From the NCBI GenBank assembly GCA_046329555.1, contig JAXLUK010000005.1, positions 188,801 through 252,800 of the forward strand: a stretch of DNA of 64,000 bases. The letters run 5' to 3'. Source of the DNA: Chitinophagales bacterium (GTDB lineage: Bacteria; Bacteroidota; Bacteroidia; Chitinophagales; LD1). The position numbers were made by a program, and so were the translations under genes. Position 1 is the first letter of the stretch, and every line of letters begins with the position of its first letter. The notes beneath the pieces were generated by a model. The model searched no databases, was not told where the DNA came from, and saw only the letters and a program-made list of their open reading frames with translations. Positions 47,360 through 56,691 of the stretch are shown piece after piece.

Positions 47360-49252
47360 TTACCCGGCTTTATCGCTCAATTCCAGCCAGCGAAGTTCTT
47401 TTTCCTCCAGCAGCCGGCCGATTTCGCCGATGCGGTGCGCCAGTTTTTGCAGCTCGTCGTAGGGCGCATCGCCCGAAGCAATTTTCATATTGATATCATC
47501 GCGCTCCTTTTCCAGTTGGGGCATTTCTTTTTCCAGTTGCTCGAACTCCAGCCGCTCTTTGTAGCTGAGTTTTTTGGGCTGCGCCGCAGGTGCCGCAACT
47601 ACCGGTGCCGCCGCAACTTCAGGCGCAGAGCTGGCAAAATTATCTGCCAGCGTATCGTTCTTCTTCTGCATCCGGTACAAGGTGTAATTACCCGGGAAAT
47701 CGCGCACCACGCCCTCGCCTTCAAAAACAAAAAGGTGATCTACCAACTTATCCATGAAGTAGCGGTCGTGCGACACAATCAATACACAACCCTGATAGGC
47801 ACTCAAAAATTCCTCCAGCACCTGCAATGTCACCAGATCGAGGTCGTTGGTGGGCTCGTCGAGTATTAAAAAGTTGGGATTGTTGAAGAGAATCGACAAC
47901 AGTTGCAATCGCTTTTTTTCACCGCCACTGAGTTTTGAAATGAAGGTGAATTGTTGTTCCGGCGGAAACTGGAACAACTGTAAAAACTGCGCGGCCGATA
48001 CCTTGGTGCCATCGGCCAGCGGGAAATTGTCGGCAATGTCGCGTACATATTCAATTACGCGCTTGTCTTCCTTCCATTGTAATCCTTTCTGATCAAAATA
48101 ACCAAACACCACGGTTTCACCAGGATTAATTTTTCCGGAATCGGCTTGTTCTAATCCTAACAAGATATTGAGAAACGTAGTTTTACCTACGCCATTTCTA
48201 CCAATAATGCCGATACGATCGCCGCGTTTGAAGGTGTAATCGAAACCTTTCAGAATCACTTTCTCGCCATAGCTTTTATTCAGCTTTTTGAGTTCCAGAA
48301 TTTTGCCGCCTAAACGACTCATCTTCACTTGTAATTCCAGTTCTAGTTCTTTCTTGCCGGAATTGGCTTTCTTTTCTAATTCGTAGAACGCATCGATGCG
48401 CGATTTTGATTTGGTGGTGCGCGCCTTGGGCTGTTTGCGCATCCATTCCAACTCTTTGCGCAATAGGTTGCGCGCTTTGTCCTGACTGCTGGAAGCCGCT
48501 ATTTCGCGGGCTTCTTTCTTTTCCAGGAAGAATTCGTAATCGCCTTCGTAAGAAAACACTTCGGTAGGTGTGAGTTCTAAAATTTCGTTGCAGACGCTGT
48601 CCAGAAAGAAGCGGTCGTGTGTTACCAGCAGCAGCGTCACTTTTGAATCGCTGAGATAGTTTTCCAGCCACTCAATCATGTCGAAATCCAGGTGGTTGGT
48701 GGGCTCATCGAGTATGAGCAATTTCCGGCCTTGATCAAATTCAACATCAATCAGCGTTTTGGCTAGTGCCAGTCGTTTTTTTTGTCCGCCTGAAAGCAGC
48801 GAAGCCGGTTGGTTGAGGCGGTCTATTTTGAGACGGCCCAGAATTTGGTTCACCTTGCTTTCAAAATCCCAGCCGTTCAGTTCATCCATGCGGCCCATGG
48901 CGTTGGTGAGTTTATCGGCATCGGGATGTTCTTCCTGCAACAACACTTCGTATTCTTTCACGGCTTCAATCACCGGGTGGCGGTGTTCCAGAATATTTTC
49001 GATAACGGTTTTATTAGGGTCGAATTCAGGTTCCTGATCCAGGAAGCAAACGCGCACATCTTTGTGTACCCATACGGTTCCGGTTTCGGCGGTGTCGCGA
49101 CCGGCGATGATATTGAGTAAAGTAGATTTGCCGGCGCCGTTGCGGGCGATGAGGCCGGCTTTATCGCCTTCGGATAAGTGAAAGGTAATACCCTGAAAGA
49201 CTGGCTTTTCACCAAATTGTTTGGTCAGGTTTTCTACCGTCAGATAATGCAT
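47360..49252 (-). CDS. ABC-F family ATPase (two ABC cassettes, no TM domain)
   Basis: Two Walker A motifs (GRNGAGKST, GRNGVGKTT), two signatures (LSGGQKKR, LSGGEKKR) and a C-terminal coiled coil. I prefer the ATG at 49252 (MHYLTVENL) over the ORF-track 49369. Confidence 0.9.
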   Translation of the reverse strand: MHYLTVENLTKQFGEKPVFQGITFHLSEGDKAGLIARNGAGKSTLLNIIAGRDTAETGTVWVHKDVRVCFLDQEPEFDPNKTVIENILEHRHPVIEAVKEYEVLLQEEHPDADKLTNAMGRMDELNGWDFESKVNQILGRLKIDRLNQPASLLSGGQKKRLALAKTLIDVEFDQGRKLLILDEPTNHLDFDMIEWLENYLSDSKVTLLLVTHDRFFLDSVCNEILELTPTEVFSYEGDYEFFLEKKEAREIAASSSQDKARNLLRKELEWMRKQPKARTTKSKSRIDAFYELEKKANSGKKELELELQVKMSRLGGKILELKKLNKSYGEKVILKGFDYTFKRGDRIGIIGRNGVGKTTFLNILLGLEQADSGKINPGETVVFGYFDQKGLQWKEDKRVIEYVRDIADNFPLADGTKVSAAQFLQLFQFPPEQQFTFISKLSGGEKKRLQLLSILFNNPNFLILDEPTNDLDLVTLQVLEEFLSAYQGCVLIVSHDRYFMDKLVDHLFVFEGEGVVRDFPGNYTLYRMQKKNDTLADNFASSAPEVAAAPVVAAPAAQPKKLSYKERLEFEQLEKEMPQLEKERDDINMKIASGDAPYDELQKLAHRIGEIGRLLEEKELRWLELSDKAG

Positions 49253-49579
49253 GGCGCAATGATACACTAACTTTAGGGCATCTCTATCAATCGATAGAAG
49301 GGAAATGTGCTGCTTCGCCGGCCGGGAAGTGATTATTTGATGAAGAAAAAGCGCGATGTGCGACTTCATGGCCTTTTAGCTAGTGAAATTTTCTTCGAAT
49401 GACGGTTGAATTGGTGTTTCGTGGCGTGCTGGTGTGGTGATATGGTATTACGGTTGAAAGCACTTTTCGCTTAAAACATAGAAGGGTACAAGATTTTAGA
49501 TAGCTAGATGTATGGTATGCTGAAGGTTGCCTTAGTATAACCGCACAGATTTGGAAGTTTGGAAAAAGAAGTTTTTCTT

Positions 49580-49599
49580 TGACTAACGAACGTTAGTTA
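49580..49599. promoter_or_regulatory. Palindromic candidate TetR operator
   Basis: TGACTAACGAACGTTAGTTA has perfect arms ACTAACG/CGTTAGT separated by AA. It abuts the GTG start of the TetR gene. Confidence 0.5.
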
Positions 49600-50184
49600 G
49601 TGGAAGTAATCAACGGCATATCAGAACGGCGGAAGACGATTTCCAGGGCGGCGCGCAAGCTCTTTAACGAAAAGGGTTTTGCGGGCACCAGCATGCGCGA
49701 TTTGGCGCAGGAAGTGGGTATTCGCGCGGCCAGTCTGTATAATCATGTTGCGGCCAAGGAGGAGCTGTTGCATGAGATTTGTTTTGAAATGGCTGATGCT
49801 TTTTTTGAAGGATTTCAGCAGGCCACGGAAGGGGATAAGCCGGTAAGTAAGAAGTTGCAGCAGGCGATTCAGGCGCATATCAACGTCATCAATAACCACC
49901 CAGATGCGTCGAAAGTGTTTTTTGAAGAATGGATTTTTTTGAAGGAAGAAGATTTGGTGCGGTTTAAAAAGATGCGCAGTCAGTACGAGCGCGGTTTTCG
50001 TCAGTTGCTGGAGAAGGGAATGGAAACCGGCGAGTTTCGCAAAACCAATGTGCGGTTAGGAACGTTTATGATTTTATCGGCACTGAATGCCATTTACGAT
50101 TTAGAGCGGATGAAGGAGCGGTTGAGCGCAGGTGAAGTGGCAGAAGAAATTGGGATGTTATTAATGAAAGGATTAAAAAAGTAA
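49600..50184 (+). CDS. TetR/AcrR-family transcriptional regulator (PaaR-like by context)
   Basis: Tet[38 protein letters not shown]. Directly upstream of paaABCD. Confidence 0.85.
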   Translation: MEVINGISERRKTISRAARKLFNEKGFAGTSMRDLAQEVGIRAASLYNHVAAKEELLHEICFEMADAFFEGFQQATEGDKPVSKKLQQAIQAHINVINNHPDASKVFFEEWIFLKEEDLVRFKKMRSQYERGFRQLLEKGMETGEFRKTNVRLGTFMILSALNAIYDLERMKERLSAGEVAEEIGMLLMKGLKK

Positions 50185-50195
50185 ATCATAGCAAT

Positions 50196-51182
50196 ATGTA
50201 CGGAAATACCAGTTTAACAGCAGAGGAAGCGCGCCAGTTGAATCAGGGCGGCGATGATCCGGAAAAATTAGCAGCCTTTGAAGCGCGTATTGCGCGTGGC
50301 GAGAAAATTGAACCCGGCGATTGGATGCCCGAGCAGTATCGTACGCAGTTGATCAGAATGATTGAACAACATGCGCACAGCGAAATTGTAGGCGCGTTAC
50401 CGGAAGGCACATGGATTACGCGCGCGCCGAATTTCAGGCGTAAACTGGCCTTGATTGCCAAGGTTCAGGATGAAATTGGGCACGGACAATTACTGTATTC
50501 TGCAGCAGAAACGCTGGGCAAAACCCGCGAAGAAATGCTGAATGATCTGATGAGTGGAAAGAGTAAATACAGCAATGTGTTTAACTATCCGGCAAAGACC
50601 TGGGCGGATATTGCGGTGATTGGATTTTTGGTAGATGGCGCAGCCATTGTGAATCAGGTCATCAACTCAAAAGGCTCGTTTGGTCCGTATTGCAGGGCGC
50701 TGGAGCGGATTTGCTATGAAGAATCATTCCACCTGAAGCAGGGTCATGATAATTTTGTGTATTTGGCTACAGGCACCAAGGCGCAGCGGGCGATGTTGCA
50801 GGAAGCGCTGAACCGCTGGTACCGGCCGTTGCTGCATTTCTTTGGTCCGCCCGACCGCAATTCGCAGCACAGCGAGAAGTTGATGAAGTGGAAGGTGAAG
50901 CTGGCTTCGAACGACGATATGCGCAACCAGTTTTTAGACCAGTACGTGCCAAAAATTTGGGAATTGGGATTGACGTTCCCTGATCCGAATTTGCGCAAGA
51001 ATGAACAAGGTATTTGGGAATTCAGTGATCCGGATTGGGATGAATTTAAGCGCGTGATAAATGGCGATGGCCCTTGCAATGCCGAGCGGTTGGCGGTACG
51101 CCGGTATGCCGAGCAGGCAGGCGCCTGGGTGCGGCAGGCGCTGATGCAACCACAGGATAAATATGTAGTGCCTTTGGCGTAA
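50196..51182 (+). CDS. paaA: 1,2-phenylacetyl-CoA epoxidase subunit A
   Basis: Di-iron ligand regions [10 protein letters not shown] and [11 protein letters not shown]. 328 aa. Confidence 0.9.
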   Translation: MYGNTSLTAEEARQLNQGGDDPEKLAAFEARIARGEKIEPGDWMPEQYRTQLIRMIEQHAHSEIVGALPEGTWITRAPNFRRKLALIAKVQDEIGHGQLLYSAAETLGKTREEMLNDLMSGKSKYSNVFNYPAKTWADIAVIGFLVDGAAIVNQVINSKGSFGPYCRALERICYEESFHLKQGHDNFVYLATGTKAQRAMLQEALNRWYRPLLHFFGPPDRNSQHSEKLMKWKVKLASNDDMRNQFLDQYVPKIWELGLTFPDPNLRKNEQGIWEFSDPDWDEFKRVINGDGPCNAERLAVRRYAEQAGAWVRQALMQPQDKYVVPLA

Positions 51183-51213
51183 CGAAAGTAATAACGAAGC
51201 AACAGAAATAACT

Positions 51214-51579
51214 ATGAATTCATTAGATCCAAGAGTACGGCGTTTGTCGATTTCAGGCGAAGAAGCTGCAGGAAAAACCAATACGCATCTGATTACGTGG
51301 GAAGTATTTCATCAGGAAAAACGCGGCAAGCAGGTAGAGCATGTTGGTATTGTTCATGCGGCATCTCCGGAAATGGCGCTAGCCATGGCCAAAGAAGTTT
51401 TTGGCAGAAGGGGAAAGACGACCAATCTGTGGGTGGTGAAATCCTCGGATGTGTATACGCTGGCACCGGAAGATGAAGAGATGTTCGCCACTACGCCAGA
51501 GAAACTGTTCCGCGATCCAATTTATTACAAGGTGCGCGACCGGATTGAAAAGTTTCAGCAGAAACAAAAAGAGCAATAA
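51214..51579 (+). CDS. paaB: 1,2-phenylacetyl-CoA epoxidase subunit B
   Basis: WEVFHQEKRGKQVEHVGIVHA...ALAMAKEVFGRR. Position between paaA and paaC. Confidence 0.85.
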   Translation: MNSLDPRVRRLSISGEEAAGKTNTHLITWEVFHQEKRGKQVEHVGIVHAASPEMALAMAKEVFGRRGKTTNLWVVKSSDVYTLAPEDEEMFATTPEKLFRDPIYYKVRDRIEKFQQKQKEQ

Positions 51580-51597
51580 CTCAAAAACAGATATCCA

Positions 51598-52356
51598 ATG
51601 AATCAGGAAGCAATAAAGAATTTGATTGTAGCGATGGCTGATGATGCGCTCATCATCGGGCATAGAAATAGCGAATGGACAGGGATAGGTCCGTTGTTAG
51701 AAGAAGATTTGGCATTCTCTTCTATGGCACAGGATAAGATAGGTCATGCACAGGCCTTGTACGATATGTTACACCAACATTTCGGGATGCCGGATGCTGA
51801 TCACCTTGGTTTCATGCGCAAGGAAAATGATTTCCGTTGCTGCCAGTTTGTTGAGTTACCCATCGGTGAATACGATTTCAGTTTGATGCGCCATTTTCTG
51901 GCCAGTCATGCTGATGTGATCCGTTGTCGGATGCTGGAACAATCGGCATTTGAGCCATTGGCGCAGTTTGCGCGCAAGGTTCGCGGCGAATTGCGTTATC
52001 ATACGTTTCACGCCGATGTGTTTGTGAAACAGTTGAGCATGGGTACAGAAGAAAGCAAGGCGCGCATGCAACAAGCGCTGAATTACTGTATGCCTTTTGC
52101 GTTGGGCATGTTTGAGACAGTTGAAAGTGAACAGGCATTGGTGGCGGAAAATATTTTTGCCGGAGAGGCGGCATTGAAACAGCAGTGGATAGCCAAGGTA
52201 CAGCCGATGGTGGAAAGTTTTGGGTTAACCTGGACTTCAGAGGAAACATCAAAAGTGATGAATGGCGGGCGTAAGGGCTTTCACACCGAATACCTAAAAC
52301 CGTTATTGGATGAAATGTGCGAAGTAGTGCGCACAGATGAAACGGCGGAGTGGTAA
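51598..52356 (+). CDS. paaC: 1,2-phenylacetyl-CoA epoxidase subunit C
   Basis: MADDALIIGHRNSEW...AQDKIGHAQALY. 252 aa. Confidence 0.85.
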   Translation: MNQEAIKNLIVAMADDALIIGHRNSEWTGIGPLLEEDLAFSSMAQDKIGHAQALYDMLHQHFGMPDADHLGFMRKENDFRCCQFVELPIGEYDFSLMRHFLASHADVIRCRMLEQSAFEPLAQFARKVRGELRYHTFHADVFVKQLSMGTEESKARMQQALNYCMPFALGMFETVESEQALVAENIFAGEAALKQQWIAKVQPMVESFGLTWTSEETSKVMNGGRKGFHTEYLKPLLDEMCEVVRTDETAEW

Positions 52357-52360
52357 TATC

Positions 52361-52864
52361 ATGGAAACGACAGTAGCCAAGGATGATATTGAGGCGCAGG
52401 TGATGGCGCTTTTAGAAACTGTTCCTGACCCCGAGATACCGGTGTTGAATGTGGTGGAAATGGCCATGATTGCAGGTGTTCGGGTTGAGGGTGAAAATAA
52501 GGTAGTGGTGCGTTTTCTGCCTACGTTTACGGGCTGTCCGGCTATTCAGTATATCAGCAATCAGATTGTAAAAACGTTGGAAGCGGCAGGTTTTTCGGCT
52601 ACGGTAGAAGTGGCACGTGATAAGAAGTGGAGTACCGACGATATGACTGCGGCGGCTAAAGAGAAGTTGGAAAAGTTTGGTATTGCTCCGCCCGCAGCAT
52701 TACACGGAAAAGAATTTACAGCAGAAGAACTCAATCGCGTGCGCTGTCCGCATTGCGGCAGTACCGATACTACGTTGCGGTCGGCATTTGGTTCAACCTT
52801 GTGTCGTGCTATTCGCTTTTGTTTTTCGTGTAAGCAGGGCTTTGAGCAGTTCAAGCCGCTATAG
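52361..52864 (+). CDS. paaD: 1,2-phenylacetyl-CoA epoxidase subunit D
   Basis: DUF59-like N-domain (VPDPEIPVLNVVEMAMI) and a C-terminal CPHCGS...CFSC zinc ribbon. I prefer the ATG at 52361. Confidence 0.8.
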   Translation: METTVAKDDIEAQVMALLETVPDPEIPVLNVVEMAMIAGVRVEGENKVVVRFLPTFTGCPAIQYISNQIVKTLEAAGFSATVEVARDKKWSTDDMTAAAKEKLEKFGIAPPAALHGKEFTAEELNRVRCPHCGSTDTTLRSAFGSTLCRAIRFCFSCKQGFEQFKPL

Positions 52865-52879
52865 CAGAAGTAGAGTCTC

Positions 52880-53752
52880 CTATTTCTTACTATACTGAAA
52901 CAAAAAGTCTTTGTCGTCTTTCGACAAGCTTTCATAGCCAGAGGTAGATATTTTATCCAAAATGGCGTCGAGCCGGGCCTGATCATCGGTTGATTTCGCC
53001 TTGGCAAACGATTGTCTGGTTCGTTTTTGTTGATTCCCCCCCCCGGGATTGGGTCGCTGCATCAAATAACCAATCCATTCAAACGGCCGTAGAATATTTC
53101 TTCCCTGCCGCAATTGGCTCACGAAAAGCCACCCGGTAAATGCGCCGCCGCAGTGCGCCAGATATCCGCCGGCATTACCATACGGAATCTGAACGATATC
53201 CAGCAATAGTAAACCTACGGTTACATATTTAATGGGCACCCTGCCAATCAACAGTAAATTTAACTCATGATCGGGATGCAAGGTGGTGGCGGCGAACATG
53301 ATGGCAAAAATAGAGGCCGAAGCTCCAGCCATTAGCGCACTATTTCTAACCGCATAAAAGGCTGGAAAAATCTGATAAGATAACATGAACAACAACGCCC
53401 CGGCAATACCGCCGGCCAGATATAATGCGGATAGCCGGTCGTTGTTCATGTACAACTGATATACCTGCGCAAACACAAACAGGAACAGCATATTTCCCAG
53501 CAGATGCATGACACCTTCATGATAAAACATATAGGTAATGATACTCCACGGCTGATAGAGCAATTGGTGAAACGAGGCCGGCACCTGCAGGTGTTCATGT
53601 ATCCATTGCCACAGTTGCAGGTTGTTGAACATGAATCCTAAAACCTTTACCAATCCTCCAATTACAAACACCAGCAGGTTGAGCGCTATCAGGCGCCACA
53701 TGGCATCACTGCGAATACCGTCTTTGATATCATCAAACCAGCTGCTTGTCAT
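52880..53752 (-). CDS. Rhomboid-family intramembrane serine protease (with cytoplasmic C-terminal tail)
   Basis: HLLGNMLFLF, GASASIF (catalytic Ser region) and AHCGGAFTG (catalytic His region). Confidence 0.8.
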   Translation of the reverse strand: MTSSWFDDIKDGIRSDAMWRLIALNLLVFVIGGLVKVLGFMFNNLQLWQWIHEHLQVPASFHQLLYQPWSIITYMFYHEGVMHLLGNMLFLFVFAQVYQLYMNNDRLSALYLAGGIAGALLFMLSYQIFPAFYAVRNSALMAGASASIFAIMFAATTLHPDHELNLLLIGRVPIKYVTVGLLLLDIVQIPYGNAGGYLAHCGGAFTGWLFVSQLRQGRNILRPFEWIGYLMQRPNPGGGNQQKRTRQSFAKAKSTDDQARLDAILDKISTSGYESLSKDDKDFLFQYSKK

Positions 53753-54435
53753 TAGTAGAAATTGCTTCTGTCGCGGTTCCAGATTTTTACGATGATATAA
53801 CCCATAAGGGCACCACTCAGGTGCGCCAGGTGTGCAATATGATCGCTTTTATGATCTAGTTGAGATACTAATTCCAGTACAATCATTCCGGCTGCAATAT
53901 ATTTGAGTGGCAGCGGGAATACGCCATAAATGTAAAATTCTGTGTTGCCAAACAACACGGCTGCCGCCGTCAACATAGCAAAAACAGCCCCTGATGCACC
54001 CAAACAACTAGACACCAATTGTACGGAAAGCGTTTCGCTGATCACGTCATGCTCGGCAACATGCGGCCAAAAGGTGCCGCAAGCCATATAAATCTGAACA
54101 CCTTGCGCCAGCAGATACAATAAAGCGCCGCCAATTCCAGTGATGAAAAAGAAAAGTAGTAAACGCTGTCCGCCCCAGAACCGCTCCAGTAAATTGCCAA
54201 AAATGAAGAGGTTAAACATATTGAAGAACAGATGTCCGATGCTGGCGTGCGTAACCAGATGCGTCAGCAACTGATGCGGCATAAAAAAAGGAGAAGCGGG
54301 ATAGTACAGCGACAATGCATCCATCAGCGGCATGCCCTTAATGCTGATGGGTACAAACGCCACTAATAAGTAAACGAAGAGGTTCAACACAATCAGGTTG
54401 AAAACGGCACTTCTTGTATCGATACGAAAATTCAT
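53752..54435 (-). CDS. Rhomboid-family intramembrane serine protease
   Basis: HLFFNMFNLF, GASGAVFAM and AHLSGALMG. Confidence 0.8.
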   Translation of the reverse strand: MNFRIDTRSAVFNLIVLNLFVYLLVAFVPISIKGMPLMDALSLYYPASPFFMPHQLLTHLVTHASIGHLFFNMFNLFIFGNLLERFWGGQRLLLFFFITGIGGALLYLLAQGVQIYMACGTFWPHVAEHDVISETLSVQLVSSCLGASGAVFAMLTAAAVLFGNTEFYIYGVFPLPLKYIAAGMIVLELVSQLDHKSDHIAHLAHLSGALMGYIIVKIWNRDRSNFY

Positions 54436-54442
54436 GAGGGAA

Positions 54443-54865
54443 CTACTTGTTTTTTCCTGACGATTGTTTTTTGAAAAATCCCGCGCCCTGTGGCGTTAGT
54501 GCGTTATAATATTTCATCTTGTCTTTCTCAAATACCAGATAACCGGAAGAGTCGCCGGTGAGGTATAAATCACCGCTTAAAAATTCGCGGCCGTTCCGCT
54601 GCCACATCAAAAAGCCGGTTTTGGGTACAGCAGCGGCTGAGGCAGGTTTCCAGTCAACAAATGAAGAAAAGAGAATAACACTTCTACCTTCCAATGAAAG
54701 CGAAGTTCCCGCGCTGAATACGACATCAATTTGTGTGCACGAATCGCGTAAGGCGTGGTACACCGGCATGGGCAAGGGCTTTGTTTTTGTTTGACCTTGC
54801 GCCCATATCGACAGCAGCAGTACAGTGCCTGCCAGCGACAATCGTATCATTTTCATCATATACAA
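54443..54865 (-). CDS. Hypothetical secreted protein
   Basis: Signal peptide MIRLSLAGTVLLLSIWAQGQ. No recognisable motif. Confidence 0.4.
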   Translation of the reverse strand: MYMMKMIRLSLAGTVLLLSIWAQGQTKTKPLPMPVYHALRDSCTQIDVVFSAGTSLSLEGRSVILFSSFVDWKPASAAAVPKTGFLMWQRNGREFLSGDLYLTGDSSGYLVFEKDKMKYYNALTPQGAGFFKKQSSGKNK

Positions 54866-54880
54866 ACCTAGTGGTTTTCG

Positions 54881-55342
54881 TTAACGATATCGTTTCATTA
54901 CGCGATCCATTTCCCGCTTACCTTCTTTTTTCTTAATGGTTTCGCGTTTATCAAATGATTTTTTTCCGCGACCTAAAGCAATTTCCAGCTTAGCGAAACC
55001 GCGTTCCGATTGAAACAATCTGACAGGAACAATGGCCATGCCTTTCTCTCTCACCTTACTATCAATCCGATCTAATTCACGTTTTTTAAGAAGTAATTTC
55101 CGCAACCGCATTGCCTCGTGATTCATCAGATTGCCGTGGCTGTATTCTGCGATGTGCATATTCTTGATGAACAATTCACCATCGCGCATGAAACAGAAGG
55201 CTTCGTTCAGCGACCCTGCGCCTTCGCGCAATGCCTTAATCTCGGTGCCTTTCAGCACCAGACCGGCCACCATACTTTCCGTTAACTCGTAATTAAACGA
55301 AGCCCGGCGATTCACAATTTCGAGCTTCTTCTGCGCCCCCAT
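54881..55342 (-). CDS. smpB: SsrA-binding protein
   Basis: NRRASFNYEL...GLVLKGTEIKALREG. ATG at 55342, 1 nt after the upstream stop. Confidence 0.9.
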   Translation of the reverse strand: MGAQKKLEIVNRRASFNYELTESMVAGLVLKGTEIKALREGAGSLNEAFCFMRDGELFIKNMHIAEYSHGNLMNHEAMRLRKLLLKKRELDRIDSKVREKGMAIVPVRLFQSERGFAKLEIALGRGKKSFDKRETIKKKEGKREMDRVMKRYR

Positions 55343-55343
55343 G

Positions 55344-56690
55344 TTACTCCGTTTTATACAACTCTTTTTCAGAAACAACTTCTACCAAATCTCCCGGCTT
55401 TAGTGATTTAGAGATGAGTTTGAACGGTGCTTTCACCACTTCCATTTTCTCATCAACACCCGTAACCTCTATATAGTTCGCATCCTGAATGCCGATGGTA
55501 ACCGGAACGGCGCGCACCTTACCTTTATCTACCACAAATACAATCTCGCGCATGTCTTTACGCGCATCTGTTTCTTCTTTTTTGTCGGAAGAAGTATGCG
55601 CTACGGCATTTTCTTCCAGGTCTTTTTTCTCGCGGGGGGTAACGGCCTGAATAGGTACTGATAGTACATTTTCTTTAGCCTGTGTTTTAATATCTACCGT
55701 AGCCGACATGCCTGGCCGGAATGGATACGCCTGTCCATGGGCGGCATCAATTAATTCTGCATAACTGGTTTTAACCAGCTTTACTTTCACTGTAAAATTG
55801 GTGGCTTGCGAAGTGGAAACAATTGCTGTTGCTGTTGTGGAAGAGTAGGCGATTTCTGACACCACGCCTTTAAATTTTTTATTCAGATAAGCATCCACCT
55901 CTACTTCTGCGGTATCGCCAACCTTCACGCGAAGCACATCACTTTCATTCACATCAACCTGCGCCTGCATGTGTTCCAAATCGGCAATTCTGATTAACTC
56001 GGTTCCAGCCATTTGCGCTGTACCTACCACACGTTCTCCTAACTTTACATTCAGTAAAGAAATGATACCGGTAGCTGGCGCGTAGATGCGGGTTTTCTTC
56101 AAGTTGTCGCTGGCTTGCTTCAATTGCGCCTCGCCGCTATTGATAGTAAACGAAGCGGCATTCAATTGTTCCCGTGCAGTGGCCATCGCAGTTTCAGCAT
56201 TTTTCAAAGCATTGGAGGCCTGGTCGAATTCTGCGTCAGAAATGATTTTTTCGTCGTGCAGTTGTTTGTTTCTTCCAAAAGTAACCACCGCCTGGTCATA
56301 CAGCGCTTTGGCATTTTTATAGCTGGCTTCTGCACTCATGCGGTTAGCACGAACTTGAGAAACACTGGCTTGCGACTGGGCCACCACCGATTCATATATA
56401 ACCGGATTGATGATTAGTAACAAGTCGCCTTTCTTAACGCTGTCGCCTTCTTTCACATTGAGTTGAATAATTTCACCGGAAACTTCCGACGAAATTTTCA
56501 CCTCCATTTCCGGGTATAATTTCCCGCTGGCGGTAACCGTTTCCACAATTGAACGGCGCATCGCTTTTTCTACAGCAACCTGTTTCAATTCATCCTTACC
56601 CCACCAGCCCGCTTTCTTGCCGGCAACGCCAATAACAATGGCGAGCAGCAGTAAGCCGCCAATCACGTATAATGTACGATTGTTTTTCAT
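55344..56690 (-). CDS. Efflux-pump periplasmic adaptor (HlyD/MFP family)
   Basis: N-terminal TM anchor, lipoyl-like halves flanking a long coiled-coil hairpin, and a beta-barrel C-domain. Confidence 0.85.
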   Translation of the reverse strand: MKNNRTLYVIGGLLLLAIVIGVAGKKAGWWGKDELKQVAVEKAMRRSIVETVTASGKLYPEMEVKISSEVSGEIIQLNVKEGDSVKKGDLLLIINPVIYESVVAQSQASVSQVRANRMSAEASYKNAKALYDQAVVTFGRNKQLHDEKIISDAEFDQASNALKNAETAMATAREQLNAASFTINSGEAQLKQASDNLKKTRIYAPATGIISLLNVKLGERVVGTAQMAGTELIRIADLEHMQAQVDVNESDVLRVKVGDTAEVEVDAYLNKKFKGVVSEIAYSSTTATAIVSTSQATNFTVKVKLVKTSYAELIDAAHGQAYPFRPGMSATVDIKTQAKENVLSVPIQAVTPREKKDLEENAVAHTSSDKKEETDARKDMREIVFVVDKGKVRAVPVTIGIQDANYIEVTGVDEKMEVVKAPFKLISKSLKPGDLVEVVSEKELYKTE

Positions 56691-56691
56691 G

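Noticed and set aside
47090-47869. 259-aa plus-strand ORF (…YTQRTQRLYTQRTQRF…).
   Set aside because: Its N-terminal third is a translation of the CGCAAAG repeat. The rest is antisense to the well-supported ABC-F gene.
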